From the IMG/VR virus record IMGVR_UViG_3300042196_000420, positions 1-46,072 of that record: a stretch of DNA of 46,072 nt; one strand, 5' to 3'. Below, piece by piece: positions 26,954-36,955 of the stretch. The DNA is from a virus (taxonomy: Duplodnaviria; Caudoviricetes). How positions within the stretch are numbered: the first letter of the stretch is position 1; each line of letters starts with the position of its first letter. The notes beneath the pieces were generated by a model. That model ran no database searches. It saw nothing but the letters and a program-made list of their open reading frames with translations, and was not told the origin of the DNA. Made by a program: the position numbers and the translations under genes.

Positions 26954-28408
26954 TTACACGATACTTGCCGTTACTTCCTTCTTCCTTCTCGGCTTGTCCC
27001 TGGTGATCCCAGCCGCATGGACAGCCAAGGCCATCGCCCAGAACTTATCGGCGTGGTGCCGCTCGTTCTTCTCGGTGTCATATCGAGAGTATCCGGCCTC
27101 GGTTGACGACTTCTTTATCGAATGAATCTGCGATGTAAGCTCTCTGTCCCTCGGTATCTGAATCTCCTCGTTCTCGAATACGATGTGAAGGTCAACAGCA
27201 AGCGTCTCTTTTATCTGGCCGATGAGGGCCACGCCTTCGACCCTTGAGCCGAACTCGGCCCTCATGTTTTCGGCAAGGTTCATTCCTATGCCGTGCCTGT
27301 CTATACAGAGCCTTCTAAATCTCTTTGAAGACTGAAGGAGCTTTTTAAGAGATGCCTCTTGAGCCTGAAACTTAGACCTGTCGTATGCTTTGCTCATACG
27401 GTAGTAGAGACGATTACCCTTCTTCTCAAGCACGATAAGCTCGGATTTATTTCTGGTACGTCCGACATCGAACCCGCAATACAAATCGCCCTGTGTATCA
27501 GACAGGAGTTTATCAATGCTCTCGTATGTAGCTATGTCATCATGGCAACATGAGAATATAAGCTCATATGTGAAGTAGGTCTGGGACTCGTCGTTGAAGG
27601 CAAGCTCGTATTCTTGACTGAAGTCTTCTCGTTCAAGTGAGTAGAAGATATCTATGATTACCTCTTTGCCAAATGCATGGACGCGTTCGGCAGTATCCAT
27701 TTTGGCGGACTCTTTCCTTGCCTTCTCTATGCTGTGACAGAAGTCCGGGCACTCCCACCACGGGATAGACTGCCTTGTGAACATGGGGTATTTCTTTCTC
27801 TCCTGCTTCATGATGTCATGGAACAAGTCTCCGGCGGCGAGCGGGGTAGAGCCTATCGTCAACTGTCCTTCACCACGGGATACGATAGGAACCGAGGCCA
27901 CATATATGGTGTGCTGTTTATGACCGTAGTGGGCAAACTCATCAAGGAAAACATCGGCGTTGTGCTTTCCTCTTGGGTCCTTGCATGGGTGGGATATGAG
28001 CCTTGCCCTGTTTCTTCCGGTAGAGTCCTCAAACTCGATTGATGTTCGGTTGTCTATGACCTTCTTCTTTTGCCATCCGAGGGGCAGGGAGTCATAGAGC
28101 ATATTTGCATATCGTATCTTCTCTATAGCTTCCTCAAGGTTCATGGATACGAATATCGCTGTGTAAGTGTTCCTGAGATGAGCCTTGGCCAAAGCTTCAG
28201 CCGCACAGGTGAAGCTGAAGCCGACTCCTCTGGCCTTCTCCCTTACCCTGAACTTGGAGTTGTCGCTCAAGTGAATCCTCTGGTACGGGGTAAGCGACAG
28301 AGGCTTATCTTCGGAGCTCATAAGCCCCTGTATAAAGCCCTCCTCTGAAGAGAGCCACTTCATCAGCTCTTCTTCAGTCGGTTTCGATTTCGATATCACG
28401 CTTGGCAT
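26954..28408 (-). CDS. Terminase large subunit (Mu gp28-like)
   Basis: EKARGVGFSF Walker A variant, FLDEFAH, STP, GFDVGR, HADKFWAMALA. Confidence 0.93.
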   Translation of the reverse strand: MPSVISKSKPTEEELMKWLSSEEGFIQGLMSSEDKPLSLTPYQRIHLSDNSKFRVREKARGVGFSFTCAAEALAKAHLRNTYTAIFVSMNLEEAIEKIRYANMLYDSLPLGWQKKKVIDNRTSIEFEDSTGRNRARLISHPCKDPRGKHNADVFLDEFAHYGHKQHTIYVASVPIVSRGEGQLTIGSTPLAAGDLFHDIMKQERKKYPMFTRQSIPWWECPDFCHSIEKARKESAKMDTAERVHAFGKEVIIDIFYSLEREDFSQEYELAFNDESQTYFTYELIFSCCHDDIATYESIDKLLSDTQGDLYCGFDVGRTRNKSELIVLEKKGNRLYYRMSKAYDRSKFQAQEASLKKLLQSSKRFRRLCIDRHGIGMNLAENMRAEFGSRVEGVALIGQIKETLAVDLHIVFENEEIQIPRDRELTSQIHSIKKSSTEAGYSRYDTEKNERHHADKFWAMALAVHAAGITRDKPRRKKEVTASIV

Positions 28409-28877
28409 TTTTGAACCTCTCCTGTAACTCGGATAACGAGATGTCGTTCTTCACGGCAACAACGGTTTGATTGCCGGACGGATACTCTCCCTTCTCGATG
28501 GCAATCAACCGGCATAGTTCTCTGACCTCGGATAGGAGCGCCTTAACATCCGCCGGGGTCTTGGCTGTTATCTCCGGGAACTGGGTCTCAATCTTCTCGA
28601 TGACCATCCGGGCGAGCTTGTCATATGTCTGCAATCTCTCCTTCTTAAGCATGAGACCGGATTGAAGCGACTGTGCTTCTTGCTCTTGCCAGAGCCGTTC
28701 AAGCTCTTCCTTCCACCCTTTATGCCGTCTTCCATTCCTGGCAACCCATCCGTTTTCCCACTTGGAGACCGTGTCTACGGCTATGTGAAGCTCTCTGGCG
28801 ATGTTTGCAAGGCTCTTCCGCTCAAGTCTTAGCCTAAAGGCTTTCTCTCTCTTTTTCGGATGCGTGACCTTACCCAT
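28374..28877 (-). CDS. Terminase small subunit (N-terminal HTH)
   Basis: SLANIARELHIAVDTVSKW HTH; overlaps TerL start. Confidence 0.75.
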   Translation of the reverse strand: MGKVTHPKKREKAFRLRLERKSLANIARELHIAVDTVSKWENGWVARNGRRHKGWKEELERLWQEQEAQSLQSGLMLKKERLQTYDKLARMVIEKIETQFPEITAKTPADVKALLSEVRELCRLIAIEKGEYPSGNQTVVAVKNDISLSELQERFKNAKRDIEIETD

Positions 28878-29355
28878 TTTCTTCCTCGTTGGGGTCTTCC
28901 TTTATCGGGCTTACCGAAAGCTTGTAGTTGCATTTGACCTCGACCTTTCCGTTGAGACCGCCGAGCTTCCCCCTCTCAATGAGCTTTGCTACTTCGTTTT
29001 CCTTGAAGACATAATCCACGAGGTCGAGACGACCTGCACGGTCAAGTGCATCAAGCAGAGCGAATTTGTCATGTACGACAAGCCCTCTGAAGTTTCTACG
29101 TATAACTTTGGCCGATGGAAGTATGACGGTATTCCGGTCGAAGCAATCGTCCCAGAGCGAGAGGAGTGCTTTCCTTATGCCGCCTCTGCGCTTTTTCAAC
29201 CGTTCAAGTTCCTCTTCGTAAGACCATGTGGCTTCTCTTATTTCGTGCCTGAGCATCGCCACCGATGCACCCATACGCATAACGATCCGGTCAATCTGTT
29301 TTGTGAGCTCCATGTGCTCTTTGAGCATGGAGTCGATTTTCTCTTCGTTTTCCAC
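28870..29355 (-). CDS. Gam/Gp157-like coiled-coil protein
   Basis: Long N-terminal coiled coil followed by short beta domain and GLNGKVEV tail; family call tentative. Confidence 0.45.
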   Translation of the reverse strand: MENEEKIDSMLKEHMELTKQIDRIVMRMGASVAMLRHEIREATWSYEEELERLKKRRGGIRKALLSLWDDCFDRNTVILPSAKVIRRNFRGLVVHDKFALLDALDRAGRLDLVDYVFKENEVAKLIERGKLGGLNGKVEVKCNYKLSVSPIKEDPNEEENG

Positions 29356-29356
29356 T

Positions 29357-29647
29357 TCAATCCTCCTTGTTTGTTGCCGGTTTCAACTTGTCGATGATGG
29401 CCTTTTCAAGAATCTCGGCTGCTTCAATGCTGATTGGCCTGAAGTAGTGGTAATACCGTGAATTCTTTCTCGACTTCTTGGACGGGAAAGTGAGGAAAAA
29501 CCTTCCGTCAACGTCCTTCTTGATTATGATGTCATCCAGAAAGATGGAATCATCAACCACGCATGAGGCCCAGCCGATAACACCATCTTCGCTCCTGTCA
29601 GCAAGCCTTATCTTGACCTCAGAGACCTTAAACCGTTCTGCCCGCAT
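29357..29647 (-). CDS. SpoVG-family nucleic-acid-binding protein
   Basis: VSEVKIR..IGWASCVVDD..FLTFPSKK..YFRPIS..LEKAII. Confidence 0.8.
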   Translation of the reverse strand: MRAERFKVSEVKIRLADRSEDGVIGWASCVVDDSIFLDDIIIKKDVDGRFFLTFPSKKSRKNSRYYHYFRPISIEAAEILEKAIIDKLKPATNKED

Positions 29648-29945
29648 CGTTACCTCCTTGTTTATCTGAAGGGACTATCCAGCCCTTAAATTCCTTCTTT
29701 GCTTCATGAACCAGCTTGATGAAGTCTTTGGCATCTTTGTTCTTGCATAGCTCCCTTATCTCCGGCGGAAAGTAGATAGCCTTGTCCGGATGTTCGGCCC
29801 GGGCCTCTTTCAGGTACTTCTTCTCCGTGACCAGAAGTATCTGCTCGTTATCCAAAAGCCGGGACTCGATGACATACCACATCACCTCAGTCTCATCCTC
29901 AGCGACCATTTTTTCTTTCCGCTCAACTAAGTCTCTCATCATCAT
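29628..29945 (-). CDS. Hypothetical protein, 105 aa
   Basis: GGAGG RBS, overlaps next gene. Confidence 0.7.
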   Translation of the reverse strand: MMMRDLVERKEKMVAEDETEVMWYVIESRLLDNEQILLVTEKKYLKEARAEHPDKAIYFPPEIRELCKNKDAKDFIKLVHEAKKEFKGWIVPSDKQGGNDAGRTV

Positions 29946-29959
29946 TTTCTGTTTTCCTC

Positions 29960-30163
29960 CGGTGCAAGTTGTTTTGTTTTATAAATCAAGGGGTTAACCC
30001 AGTTTTAGGGGTAACTTGCACCGTTTCTGGTTTATTCTCGTCCACTGTAAATACAAACCATTAACCCTCACTTTCATAGTGCCCTCTTTTTTTCGTTATT
30101 CGGTGCAAGTTACCCCTAAAAATGCCCTAACTCTTCGTTTTCAAAGGGAATATAACTTGCACC
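29960..30163. repeat. Putative replication origin: four alternating GGTGCAAGTT iterons, 21-bp inverted repeat, IHF-consensus site
   Basis: Copies at 29961(+), 30013(-), 30102(+), 30154(-); IR 30003-30023 / 30101-30121; AATCAAGGGGTTA at 29984-29996; AT-rich. Confidence 0.7.
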
Positions 30164-33073
30164 CCCTGCTTCAAAAAACTCCGGATTTTCTCGCTGGAAC
30201 CTTCTCAGGAACCTATTGAACTTGGCCTCCTTCACAAAGCCGTGCCGTGTCTTTTCGATAAGCTCAAATTGCTTGAGCAACTGTATTACCCTTTTGACAG
30301 TGTCAACATGACAGCCCGTCTGGTCGGCGATGTCGTCACGGCGGAAAATTTTTGTAGTGCGAAGAATGAATATTATCTTTGGAAAATAGCTTTCGCCCTT
30401 GGGCGTATGCTTCTCTCTTTGCCACCTGTCTATGAATGCCTTCTTTATATCCTCGTAATCCATGAGCTCGCTACTGGCCCGCATGATTCGAGAGCAATCG
30501 TCTAAGGCACAGTTGTCGTTCGAGTAGAGCCTGTTGAGGAAATCATCGGCCATGCGTACATGTTGACGTTTTATGAGAAGGGTCTCGAACTTCTCGTCGG
30601 CCGAGACAAAGAGAGCGGCAAAGGCCGCCGACACTCTGGCAAGATTGTTTCTGGCGTCGCCACGGAGAAGAAGCGGCACTTCGACCGCGTACCCATATTT
30701 ATCCTCCAGATGCATGGCACAGGACAAGCAATACTCCTCCGCCTCGGGGGTAAAAACAATCTTGTCAGGCTTGAGATTCCATGCCCAGTAGATAACGGCC
30801 CGCAACATCTCTGGTATTATTTTCCGCTGTTTGCTTTTTGATCGGACGCGGTTTATGAACGAGAGGTCCTTCAGGTCCCCTGAATTGGCGAATACAGCGA
30901 TATCCATGCGCCGAACGATAAAGGGCTTAAACAACGTCCCCAGCGCCTCGCATCCGAAAAAGAACTTGTCCATAGTCTGATTCTTTTTCGGGTTTGCGAT
31001 AAGAATAAGCCTCGTCTGAGTCTCGTAACCCTTGGACTGGACGCGGTCTACCTGTAAAAACCCTTCTTCCATCGCCTTGGCAATGGTGCTCAAATCCCAT
31101 TCAGGGAGATGCTGGGCCTCATCAACTGCAAGGAGTTTCCGGGAGTTGGCAGGATACCGGCCTCTGCGAATCTGCCAGCCTTTCTGCTTGTGTTCCACGA
31201 GTGCATAGACGAGACCCGTGCGGGAGCCTGTAAGCCCCGAAAAGCTGTCTCCCACGTTTACGAACTCTGCAAAACGCTGATAAGTCTGTGTCTTCCCAGA
31301 GCCTGAGTCTCCGAGGATGCACGTAACGAGCCAGCCCCTTATGGTCTCGCCATTGAAAGGAATCCAGCGAGGCGAGCAGTAGGTAAGAAGAATCGAGACA
31401 AGGATTTCTTCACGCTCGAAGACGCGGGTCACGTTTTCCGAAAGGTCTTCGAGTACATCATCCCAGGAGAGGCTCTGAAATGCCCTCAGATGATGAATGT
31501 TATCTTCAACCCTGAAGCTCTCGAAGTCGCTCTCCATCGGTTCCATCTTCTCTATAAGAAGCGTTACCTGTTGTGTTTTGGGATGGCTCTTCACCCAACC
31601 GATGGCCGTATAATCACCGGGCTTGGGGTGCTCGCTTGAGAGGTAATAGACCCTCTTTTCAATGAGTTCCTGTTTTTTGCCGTCGATGGTCTGAATGATG
31701 TTCCCATTTTCGTCGCGGGCATGTGTGATACGGTTGACCTTCTGGTGACAGAAGAACTCCTTTACCGTTGTCCGTCTTTGTATCTCGATGCTTGGCTTCA
31801 TTCCATACCGGCAACAAAGGGCCCTAAGCATCATGGTCAATTGAACATTCGTGGACATGCAGGAGCCGATATATTCCTGAGCGCCCCGTGGCACCTTGAT
31901 AGGCTCGGCGCAATCGAAGCATTCTCCCTTCTTGAGCTTAGGGCAAAAGGTTATCTTGAATGCCTCTATTGCATGGAATGCCTCTGAAGTCTCGCCGCAG
32001 ACCGTTATCTCACATTCGACCTTCTTATCGATAAGCTCCTTCTGTTCTATTTCTGTAAACGATTCGAGACGAATGACTTCTTCTTTATCTTCAGCTTCTT
32101 CGTATATGTGGACTGAAGCCTCGTCTATCATCTTCTGAAGATCGGCTCCAGTGAAGCCCCGCTTATGGAAGTAGTCTGTGATGTCCTTGTCGTCTTTATC
32201 GCCCTTTAAGGGAAGCACGACATTCTTGATAGAGCTTATCTCGGAGTTCTTGAACGCCTTGAGGACAGTATTTGCCCCGCCTTGACCTTCCTTATCGCAG
32301 TCATAGATGATGACCACGTCTTTGTCTTTGAAGTGGGGTATCCATTCAGGCCTGAAGACCGAACATCCATGTGTGCTTGTGACCGACATGATGCCTTCTT
32401 GTTCAAGAAGAAGCCTGTCCCATTCACCTTCACAGATAACAACCTGCTTTCCCTTATGTTTGATGAGTTCGTCAAGACCGTATAACCGGGCAGGGGAGCC
32501 GTACTTCCACTTGCCCTCGGTGTAGTTGATTATCTTCGGGTTCTTCTTGGCGTTATAAAGGCGGATGTTTACGATATTCCCGCGCTCGTCCCTTATCGGG
32601 ATCGTGTTTCTCTGCCTTTTTACCTCCCAGCCTATTTGATACTTCTTTATCGTGGCGTCAGAGAGACCGCGCTTTTCTCTCAGATATCGTCTAACCTCGT
32701 CATTAAGGCTATCCGCCCATTGTTTAACCAGTTCCTCTTTTATGGGAGGACGCTTAGGCTCGTTCTCGAACGGTCTGGGGATTCCAAGTTTGTCTCCAAG
32801 CTCTAAGAGCGTGTCTTTGAAGTTCTGGCCGCTTGAATGCATGACGAAGTCAAAGGCGCTCCCTTTGCCGCATCCTGCGAAGCAGGCCCAGACAAGAGTC
32901 TCTTTGTTAAAGGCAAAGGAATTGTACTTGTCGCTGTGAAAAGGGCAAAGACCGGTTACCCAGCCGTCGGTGCCGTTCTTCTGATTCCGTATCTGGCCAT
33001 AGACATCCTCAGCCTTTAGCTCAGCCAAGACTGTCTCTTTATATCCCTTCCATAAATCGTCTTTATCCGGCAT
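30116..33073 (-). CDS. Primase-helicase fusion: CHC2 Zn finger + TOPRIM + MCM-like AAA+ helicase
   Basis: CPFH..CFAGC; ICEGEWD, YDCD; Cys cluster; GDSGSGKT, VDEAQ, ILIANP; start 33073 with GGAG RBS. Confidence 0.85.
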   Translation of the reverse strand: MPDKDDLWKGYKETVLAELKAEDVYGQIRNQKNGTDGWVTGLCPFHSDKYNSFAFNKETLVWACFAGCGKGSAFDFVMHSSGQNFKDTLLELGDKLGIPRPFENEPKRPPIKEELVKQWADSLNDEVRRYLREKRGLSDATIKKYQIGWEVKRQRNTIPIRDERGNIVNIRLYNAKKNPKIINYTEGKWKYGSPARLYGLDELIKHKGKQVVICEGEWDRLLLEQEGIMSVTSTHGCSVFRPEWIPHFKDKDVVIIYDCDKEGQGGANTVLKAFKNSEISSIKNVVLPLKGDKDDKDITDYFHKRGFTGADLQKMIDEASVHIYEEAEDKEEVIRLESFTEIEQKELIDKKVECEITVCGETSEAFHAIEAFKITFCPKLKKGECFDCAEPIKVPRGAQEYIGSCMSTNVQLTMMLRALCCRYGMKPSIEIQRRTTVKEFFCHQKVNRITHARDENGNIIQTIDGKKQELIEKRVYYLSSEHPKPGDYTAIGWVKSHPKTQQVTLLIEKMEPMESDFESFRVEDNIHHLRAFQSLSWDDVLEDLSENVTRVFEREEILVSILLTYCSPRWIPFNGETIRGWLVTCILGDSGSGKTQTYQRFAEFVNVGDSFSGLTGSRTGLVYALVEHKQKGWQIRRGRYPANSRKLLAVDEAQHLPEWDLSTIAKAMEEGFLQVDRVQSKGYETQTRLILIANPKKNQTMDKFFFGCEALGTLFKPFIVRRMDIAVFANSGDLKDLSFINRVRSKSKQRKIIPEMLRAVIYWAWNLKPDKIVFTPEAEEYCLSCAMHLEDKYGYAVEVPLLLRGDARNNLARVSAAFAALFVSADEKFETLLIKRQHVRMADDFLNRLYSNDNCALDDCSRIMRASSELMDYEDIKKAFIDRWQREKHTPKGESYFPKIIFILRTTKIFRRDDIADQTGCHVDTVKRVIQLLKQFELIEKTRHGFVKEAKFNRFLRRFQRENPEFFEAGGASYIPFENEELGHF

Positions 33074-33506
33074 TACCGTCTCCATGCTTTGAGTACTTCT
33101 CAAGGATTCGATAAACGAGTGCCCGGGCGTGGTGCCTGTCGGAAGCAAAGAAGATGTGGACTCCGTATTTGACCGACCACGAGATAAGGGAATTCATGGC
33201 CGCCTTGGGGTTCATTCTCGTAAACGACGGGGCTTGAAGGAAATCGTCAAGATTCGATTCGATAACTATCGCGCTATAGTCATACCCTGAGAGTCTCTTA
33301 AGCTCCTTCTCGAACCTTTCACGCCCTGCACCGAGAGACGAGAAGGCATCTTCCTTGCTCTTGCGTTCGACCGCAATCTTGTCTTCAAGGCCTAAAATCG
33401 AGTAATCGCCGGACTTGAGGGCCTGTACGACAGCTCCCCGGAATTTATAAGGGCGTTGTTCTCTGCTATCGATTACGATGGTAAACCCGTTTCTATCTCT
33501 CGCCAT
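33063..33506 (-). CDS. ERCC4/XPF-domain nuclease (probable junction resolvase)
   Basis: IDSREQ, GDYS, VERKS motifs. Confidence 0.9.
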   Translation of the reverse strand: MARDRNGFTIVIDSREQRPYKFRGAVVQALKSGDYSILGLEDKIAVERKSKEDAFSSLGAGRERFEKELKRLSGYDYSAIVIESNLDDFLQAPSFTRMNPKAAMNSLISWSVKYGVHIFFASDRHHARALVYRILEKYSKHGDGNAG

Positions 33507-33648
33507 CTGTTGATCCTTTCGTATCAGCGTCTAAGCACTTTTTGCACTCATACCGTTTATGCTCATGGCACCAGAACAAGGTGCCTTGATGCCCGCATAT
33601 ATCCGGCTCGATATCCTCCGTGCCGGTCTTGCAATCTTCACATTCCAT
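33493..33648 (-). CDS. Small Cys-rich protein, 51 aa (not in ORF track)
   Basis: MECEDCK..C..WCHEH..CKKC; GGAGG RBS; fills the gap between neighbours. Confidence 0.6.
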   Translation of the reverse strand: MECEDCKTGTEDIEPDICGHQGTLFWCHEHKRYECKKCLDADTKGSTDGER

Positions 33649-34401
33649 TTACGCCTCCATCTCTTTAAAGTAAGGAGCGGAGTGCCGGAACCGCCCCGAC
33701 CCCTGGAGCTTGGGAAGCTCCCGGCTCTCTCTTGAGCCCTCCTCCGCGTCTATGACCCACTTCAAATCCTTGTGTTTGGGATATTTCCGTGACCAGCTAA
33801 CAGACGATTCCTTAAGAAGCCTTTTTCTTTCCTTGTGCGAGCACAGGAACTTGCAGTACCTGAATTGATAGCCGTGTATTTTCTTTAAGCCGAGGGCGAG
33901 AGTTGTGGCCTTCTTCCTTGTGCCGTATCGGGTAATCAAGAGCCTCGGATGGATAACCTCTCCCTTATCGGTGATATAAAACTGTGACCAGATAAAGCCA
34001 CCATAAAGCCAGTTCGAGGCCTGATACACATAACCGGGTTTGCCCCTCAATCCATCGGCCCAGCTGTAAAGGAGTTTTATGGAGGGAAGATGCTCCCTTA
34101 TATAGCGGGCCATCATTCTAAGAAACAGGCTCTCCGTATTCCGGGGCATGGAATCGAGGACGCACAGACGGTTCAATTCGAGATAGTCTTCGACATCGAG
34201 GGACGGAAACAGCTTCTTAATCGTATGCCTCGGCCGAGTCCCATAGCCCCACAAGGCAACGCCTACAAGCTCGCCTTTATGGAGAAGTCCGAGCGTCAGC
34301 TTCGTTATCGGCGGGCTGATAACAGCATAGTGATGCTGTGCCACAAACCTTCGCCCTATGCCGTTTGATATGGGCATTATCCTCAGGTCCTTAAAGGTCA
34401 T
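33649..34401 (-). CDS. Mom-like GNAT-fold adenine modification enzyme
   Basis: HHY, LELNRL..PRNTES, YSWADG..GYVYQASNWLY. Confidence 0.82.
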   Translation of the reverse strand: MTFKDLRIMPISNGIGRRFVAQHHYAVISPPITKLTLGLLHKGELVGVALWGYGTRPRHTIKKLFPSLDVEDYLELNRLCVLDSMPRNTESLFLRMMARYIREHLPSIKLLYSWADGLRGKPGYVYQASNWLYGGFIWSQFYITDKGEVIHPRLLITRYGTRKKATTLALGLKKIHGYQFRYCKFLCSHKERKRLLKESSVSWSRKYPKHKDLKWVIDAEEGSRESRELPKLQGSGRFRHSAPYFKEMEA

Positions 34402-36494
34402 TTCAGGAACTCCGCAAGTCTTGTAAAACGGCGTTGCTGGTGGTCACGCCGGATGATTTTTGGTATCTCTTCTCTCTGGCCGACAAGAATACAGACCTTC
34501 TTGGCCCTGCTGACGGCTGTGTATAACCAGTTCCGTTGCATAATCATCGGGCCAAAGGAGCGGTGAATCGGGATTATGATTATCGGGGCTTCACTGCCTT
34601 GAAATTTATGGCAAGTCACTGAGTAGGCAAGCTCCAGATTGTTTTCGTATAAGGGAATCTCAACCAGCCGGTCGGGGTTTTCAAAGTCAACATAGATGTT
34701 TTTCTCTTTGAGATTGATGGAGCGGATGTAGCCTATGTCGCCGTTTATGATGTCCTTGTCGTATTCGTTCTTTGTCTGGATGACCTTGTCGCCGGTCTTG
34801 AAGGGACACTTTTCTACTTGAGGATTCTTGTTGAGCCTCGCCTGACATTCCGCATTGAGCGCCTTGCAGGAGAGAGCGGTTCTCTCCTTTAACGGAGCTA
34901 TAATCTGGACATCCCTTAATGTGTCGGCATTGTATGATTCCTTCAGCCTCTTGGCCACAAGCTCAAGGATGGTCTCCTTAATGGATTCCTCGTCCTCTCG
35001 TGGCATGAGGAAGAAGTCCTTGGCAGTGGAATTCTCAAGTCTAATGTCCTCGCCGTTTTTGATACGGTGGCAATTGCGAATTATCAGCCCCTCGTCCTGC
35101 CGTTTGATGATGGTTAGCTCAGTAGTCGGTATCTTCCCCGAGGTTATGAGGTCCTTGAGAATATTCCCCGGGCCCACAGAAGGAAGCTGATATGTATCTC
35201 CGACCATTATCAGCCTCGTATCCGGAGCCACGGCATCGAGGAACTGGGCAAACAGGAGAGTGTCTATCATCGAGCACTCATCAAGCACTATAAGTTTGGC
35301 CTCGATAGGGTTGTCGCTATTCCGGGTGAAGTGAAAACCGTTTTTGGTTTTCTCTGGGTCGAGGAGCTTGTGAATAGTCTGTGCTCTCATGCCGGATTGC
35401 TCATACATCCGCTTACAGGCCTTCCCAGTTGGGGCCGCAAGGGCAATCTTGGCATCGGGGAAGGACTCGATTATCTTCTTGATAGTGTAGGTCTTGCCTG
35501 TCCCCGGAGCTCCGGTAAGGATGAAGACCTGATTCCCGGCCGCCTTCTTGAGCGCGTCAATCTGGTCTGTCTGAAGACCGTCAAGCTGTGGATTTCCGGA
35601 GTCGGCCTTCTTGGAGGCAAGCTCCTTGAGCTTGTGGGCGATGGACTTCTCGGCTTCGTAAAAGCTCTGGAGATAGATAAACCCCTCGGCCCTTACGAGA
35701 TATCCGTCTTCGAGCATCCGGTTTACTACTTCGAGAATCCTTACGTCGGAAACATCGAGCAGTTTCCCTGCCTCGCTTACGAGATGTTCTACAGGCAGGC
35801 AAGTATGGCCGCCGGTAAAAGCAGACTCTTTGAGGACGTGGACAATTCCGGCCTGAATCCTCGGTCTTCCTTCCGTGTCAAAGCCGACCTTTCGGGCTAC
35901 TTCATCAGCCGTGAGAAAGCCTATGCCGTCGATGTCCTCAATGAGACGATAGGGATTCTCCCGTATCTTCTCCGGAGCCTGCTGGCCGTAAAGCTCGATG
36001 GCCTTGAAGACCGCTCGCTTGGAAACCCTTGTGCCCTCGACAAGCCCCTTCAGTTGAAGCTGTAACTCCTCGTTGGCCGCGTTGTTTTTGAGCATGGAAG
36101 AGATTTCAATAGCCCGCTTCTGAGTAATGCCGGGTATCTCTTTGGATACACGCTCAGGGTCGGTCTTACAAACATCGAGGGTGTTCTCTCCAAAAGTGCT
36201 TACAAGCTTCTTTGAAATCTCCGGGCCTATCCATTTGGCATTCTCCATGAGATAGGCCCGGATGGCCGATAGCTCCTTCGGATACGAGGCCCTGTATTCG
36301 CTGAAGAAGAAGGTATCTCCGAAACGTGGATGATGTTCCCATTTGCCCTTGAAGTGGTACTCCATCCCTATCTGGGGAGATACCATGTTTCCTTTGACCG
36401 AGGCTCCGCCGTCCAGCTTTCCGATAAGGAAACTGTCCTTGTGAAACCGTATCTCTCTGAGTACGCCTGAGAGCGCGCTTGTCGTTGCCTTCAT
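34398..36494 (-). CDS. recD2: RecD2-like SF1B helicase
   Basis: HHPRFG, NPYRL, GIGFLTAD, GAPGTGKT, DECSM, QLPSVGPG, HKFQGSE, YTAVSRAK. Confidence 0.93.
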   Translation of the reverse strand: MKATTSALSGVLREIRFHKDSFLIGKLDGGASVKGNMVSPQIGMEYHFKGKWEHHPRFGDTFFFSEYRASYPKELSAIRAYLMENAKWIGPEISKKLVSTFGENTLDVCKTDPERVSKEIPGITQKRAIEISSMLKNNAANEELQLQLKGLVEGTRVSKRAVFKAIELYGQQAPEKIRENPYRLIEDIDGIGFLTADEVARKVGFDTEGRPRIQAGIVHVLKESAFTGGHTCLPVEHLVSEAGKLLDVSDVRILEVVNRMLEDGYLVRAEGFIYLQSFYEAEKSIAHKLKELASKKADSGNPQLDGLQTDQIDALKKAAGNQVFILTGAPGTGKTYTIKKIIESFPDAKIALAAPTGKACKRMYEQSGMRAQTIHKLLDPEKTKNGFHFTRNSDNPIEAKLIVLDECSMIDTLLFAQFLDAVAPDTRLIMVGDTYQLPSVGPGNILKDLITSGKIPTTELTIIKRQDEGLIIRNCHRIKNGEDIRLENSTAKDFFLMPREDEESIKETILELVAKRLKESYNADTLRDVQIIAPLKERTALSCKALNAECQARLNKNPQVEKCPFKTGDKVIQTKNEYDKDIINGDIGYIRSINLKEKNIYVDFENPDRLVEIPLYENNLELAYSVTCHKFQGSEAPIIIIPIHRSFGPMIMQRNWLYTAVSRAKKVCILVGQREEIPKIIRRDHQQRRFTRLAEFLK

Positions 36495-36505
36495 AGATAT
36501 AGTTC

Positions 36506-36955
36506 TCAGAAAGGCATGTTTTCCTCGGAGTCATCCTCCGAGGCTTGAGCCGGTTCTTTCGCGCCTTTGACCTTCTCGTATCCGGCAAAGGGGACGACGT
36601 TGCGCTTCTTTATCTTTCCCTCGCTGTCCTCGTATTCCTCGGTCAGAACAGAGATGTAACACTTCCGGGCCTTGAGCATGCTGGGCGTAAGCTCTATTTC
36701 GCCGGATACATCGAGGCCCAGACGGGAACAGATGAGTTTTGCGCGCTTCAATGCGGCCGCAGAGAATACGAGGTTATCGAAGATGAACCTGCCCTTATGC
36801 TCTCCCTCGACCACTTCGAGCTTGAGCTTCCACATCTCGTCGTCGTACTGAGTGGTCGCCTCCTCGATTTCGCTTACCTGACAGAGATACTTCCCATCCG
36901 GAAGCGGTGAGAAATCCTGAACGTCATCGACCTTTGAAAAATCTACCTTAGGCAT
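36506..36955 (-). CDS. DUF669-like single-stranded DNA-binding protein
   Basis: FSPLPDGKY..EHKGRFIFDNL; acidic tail ending MPF. Confidence 0.85.
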   Translation of the reverse strand: MPKVDFSKVDDVQDFSPLPDGKYLCQVSEIEEATTQYDDEMWKLKLEVVEGEHKGRFIFDNLVFSAAALKRAKLICSRLGLDVSGEIELTPSMLKARKCYISVLTEEYEDSEGKIKKRNVVPFAGYEKVKGAKEPAQASEDDSEENMPF

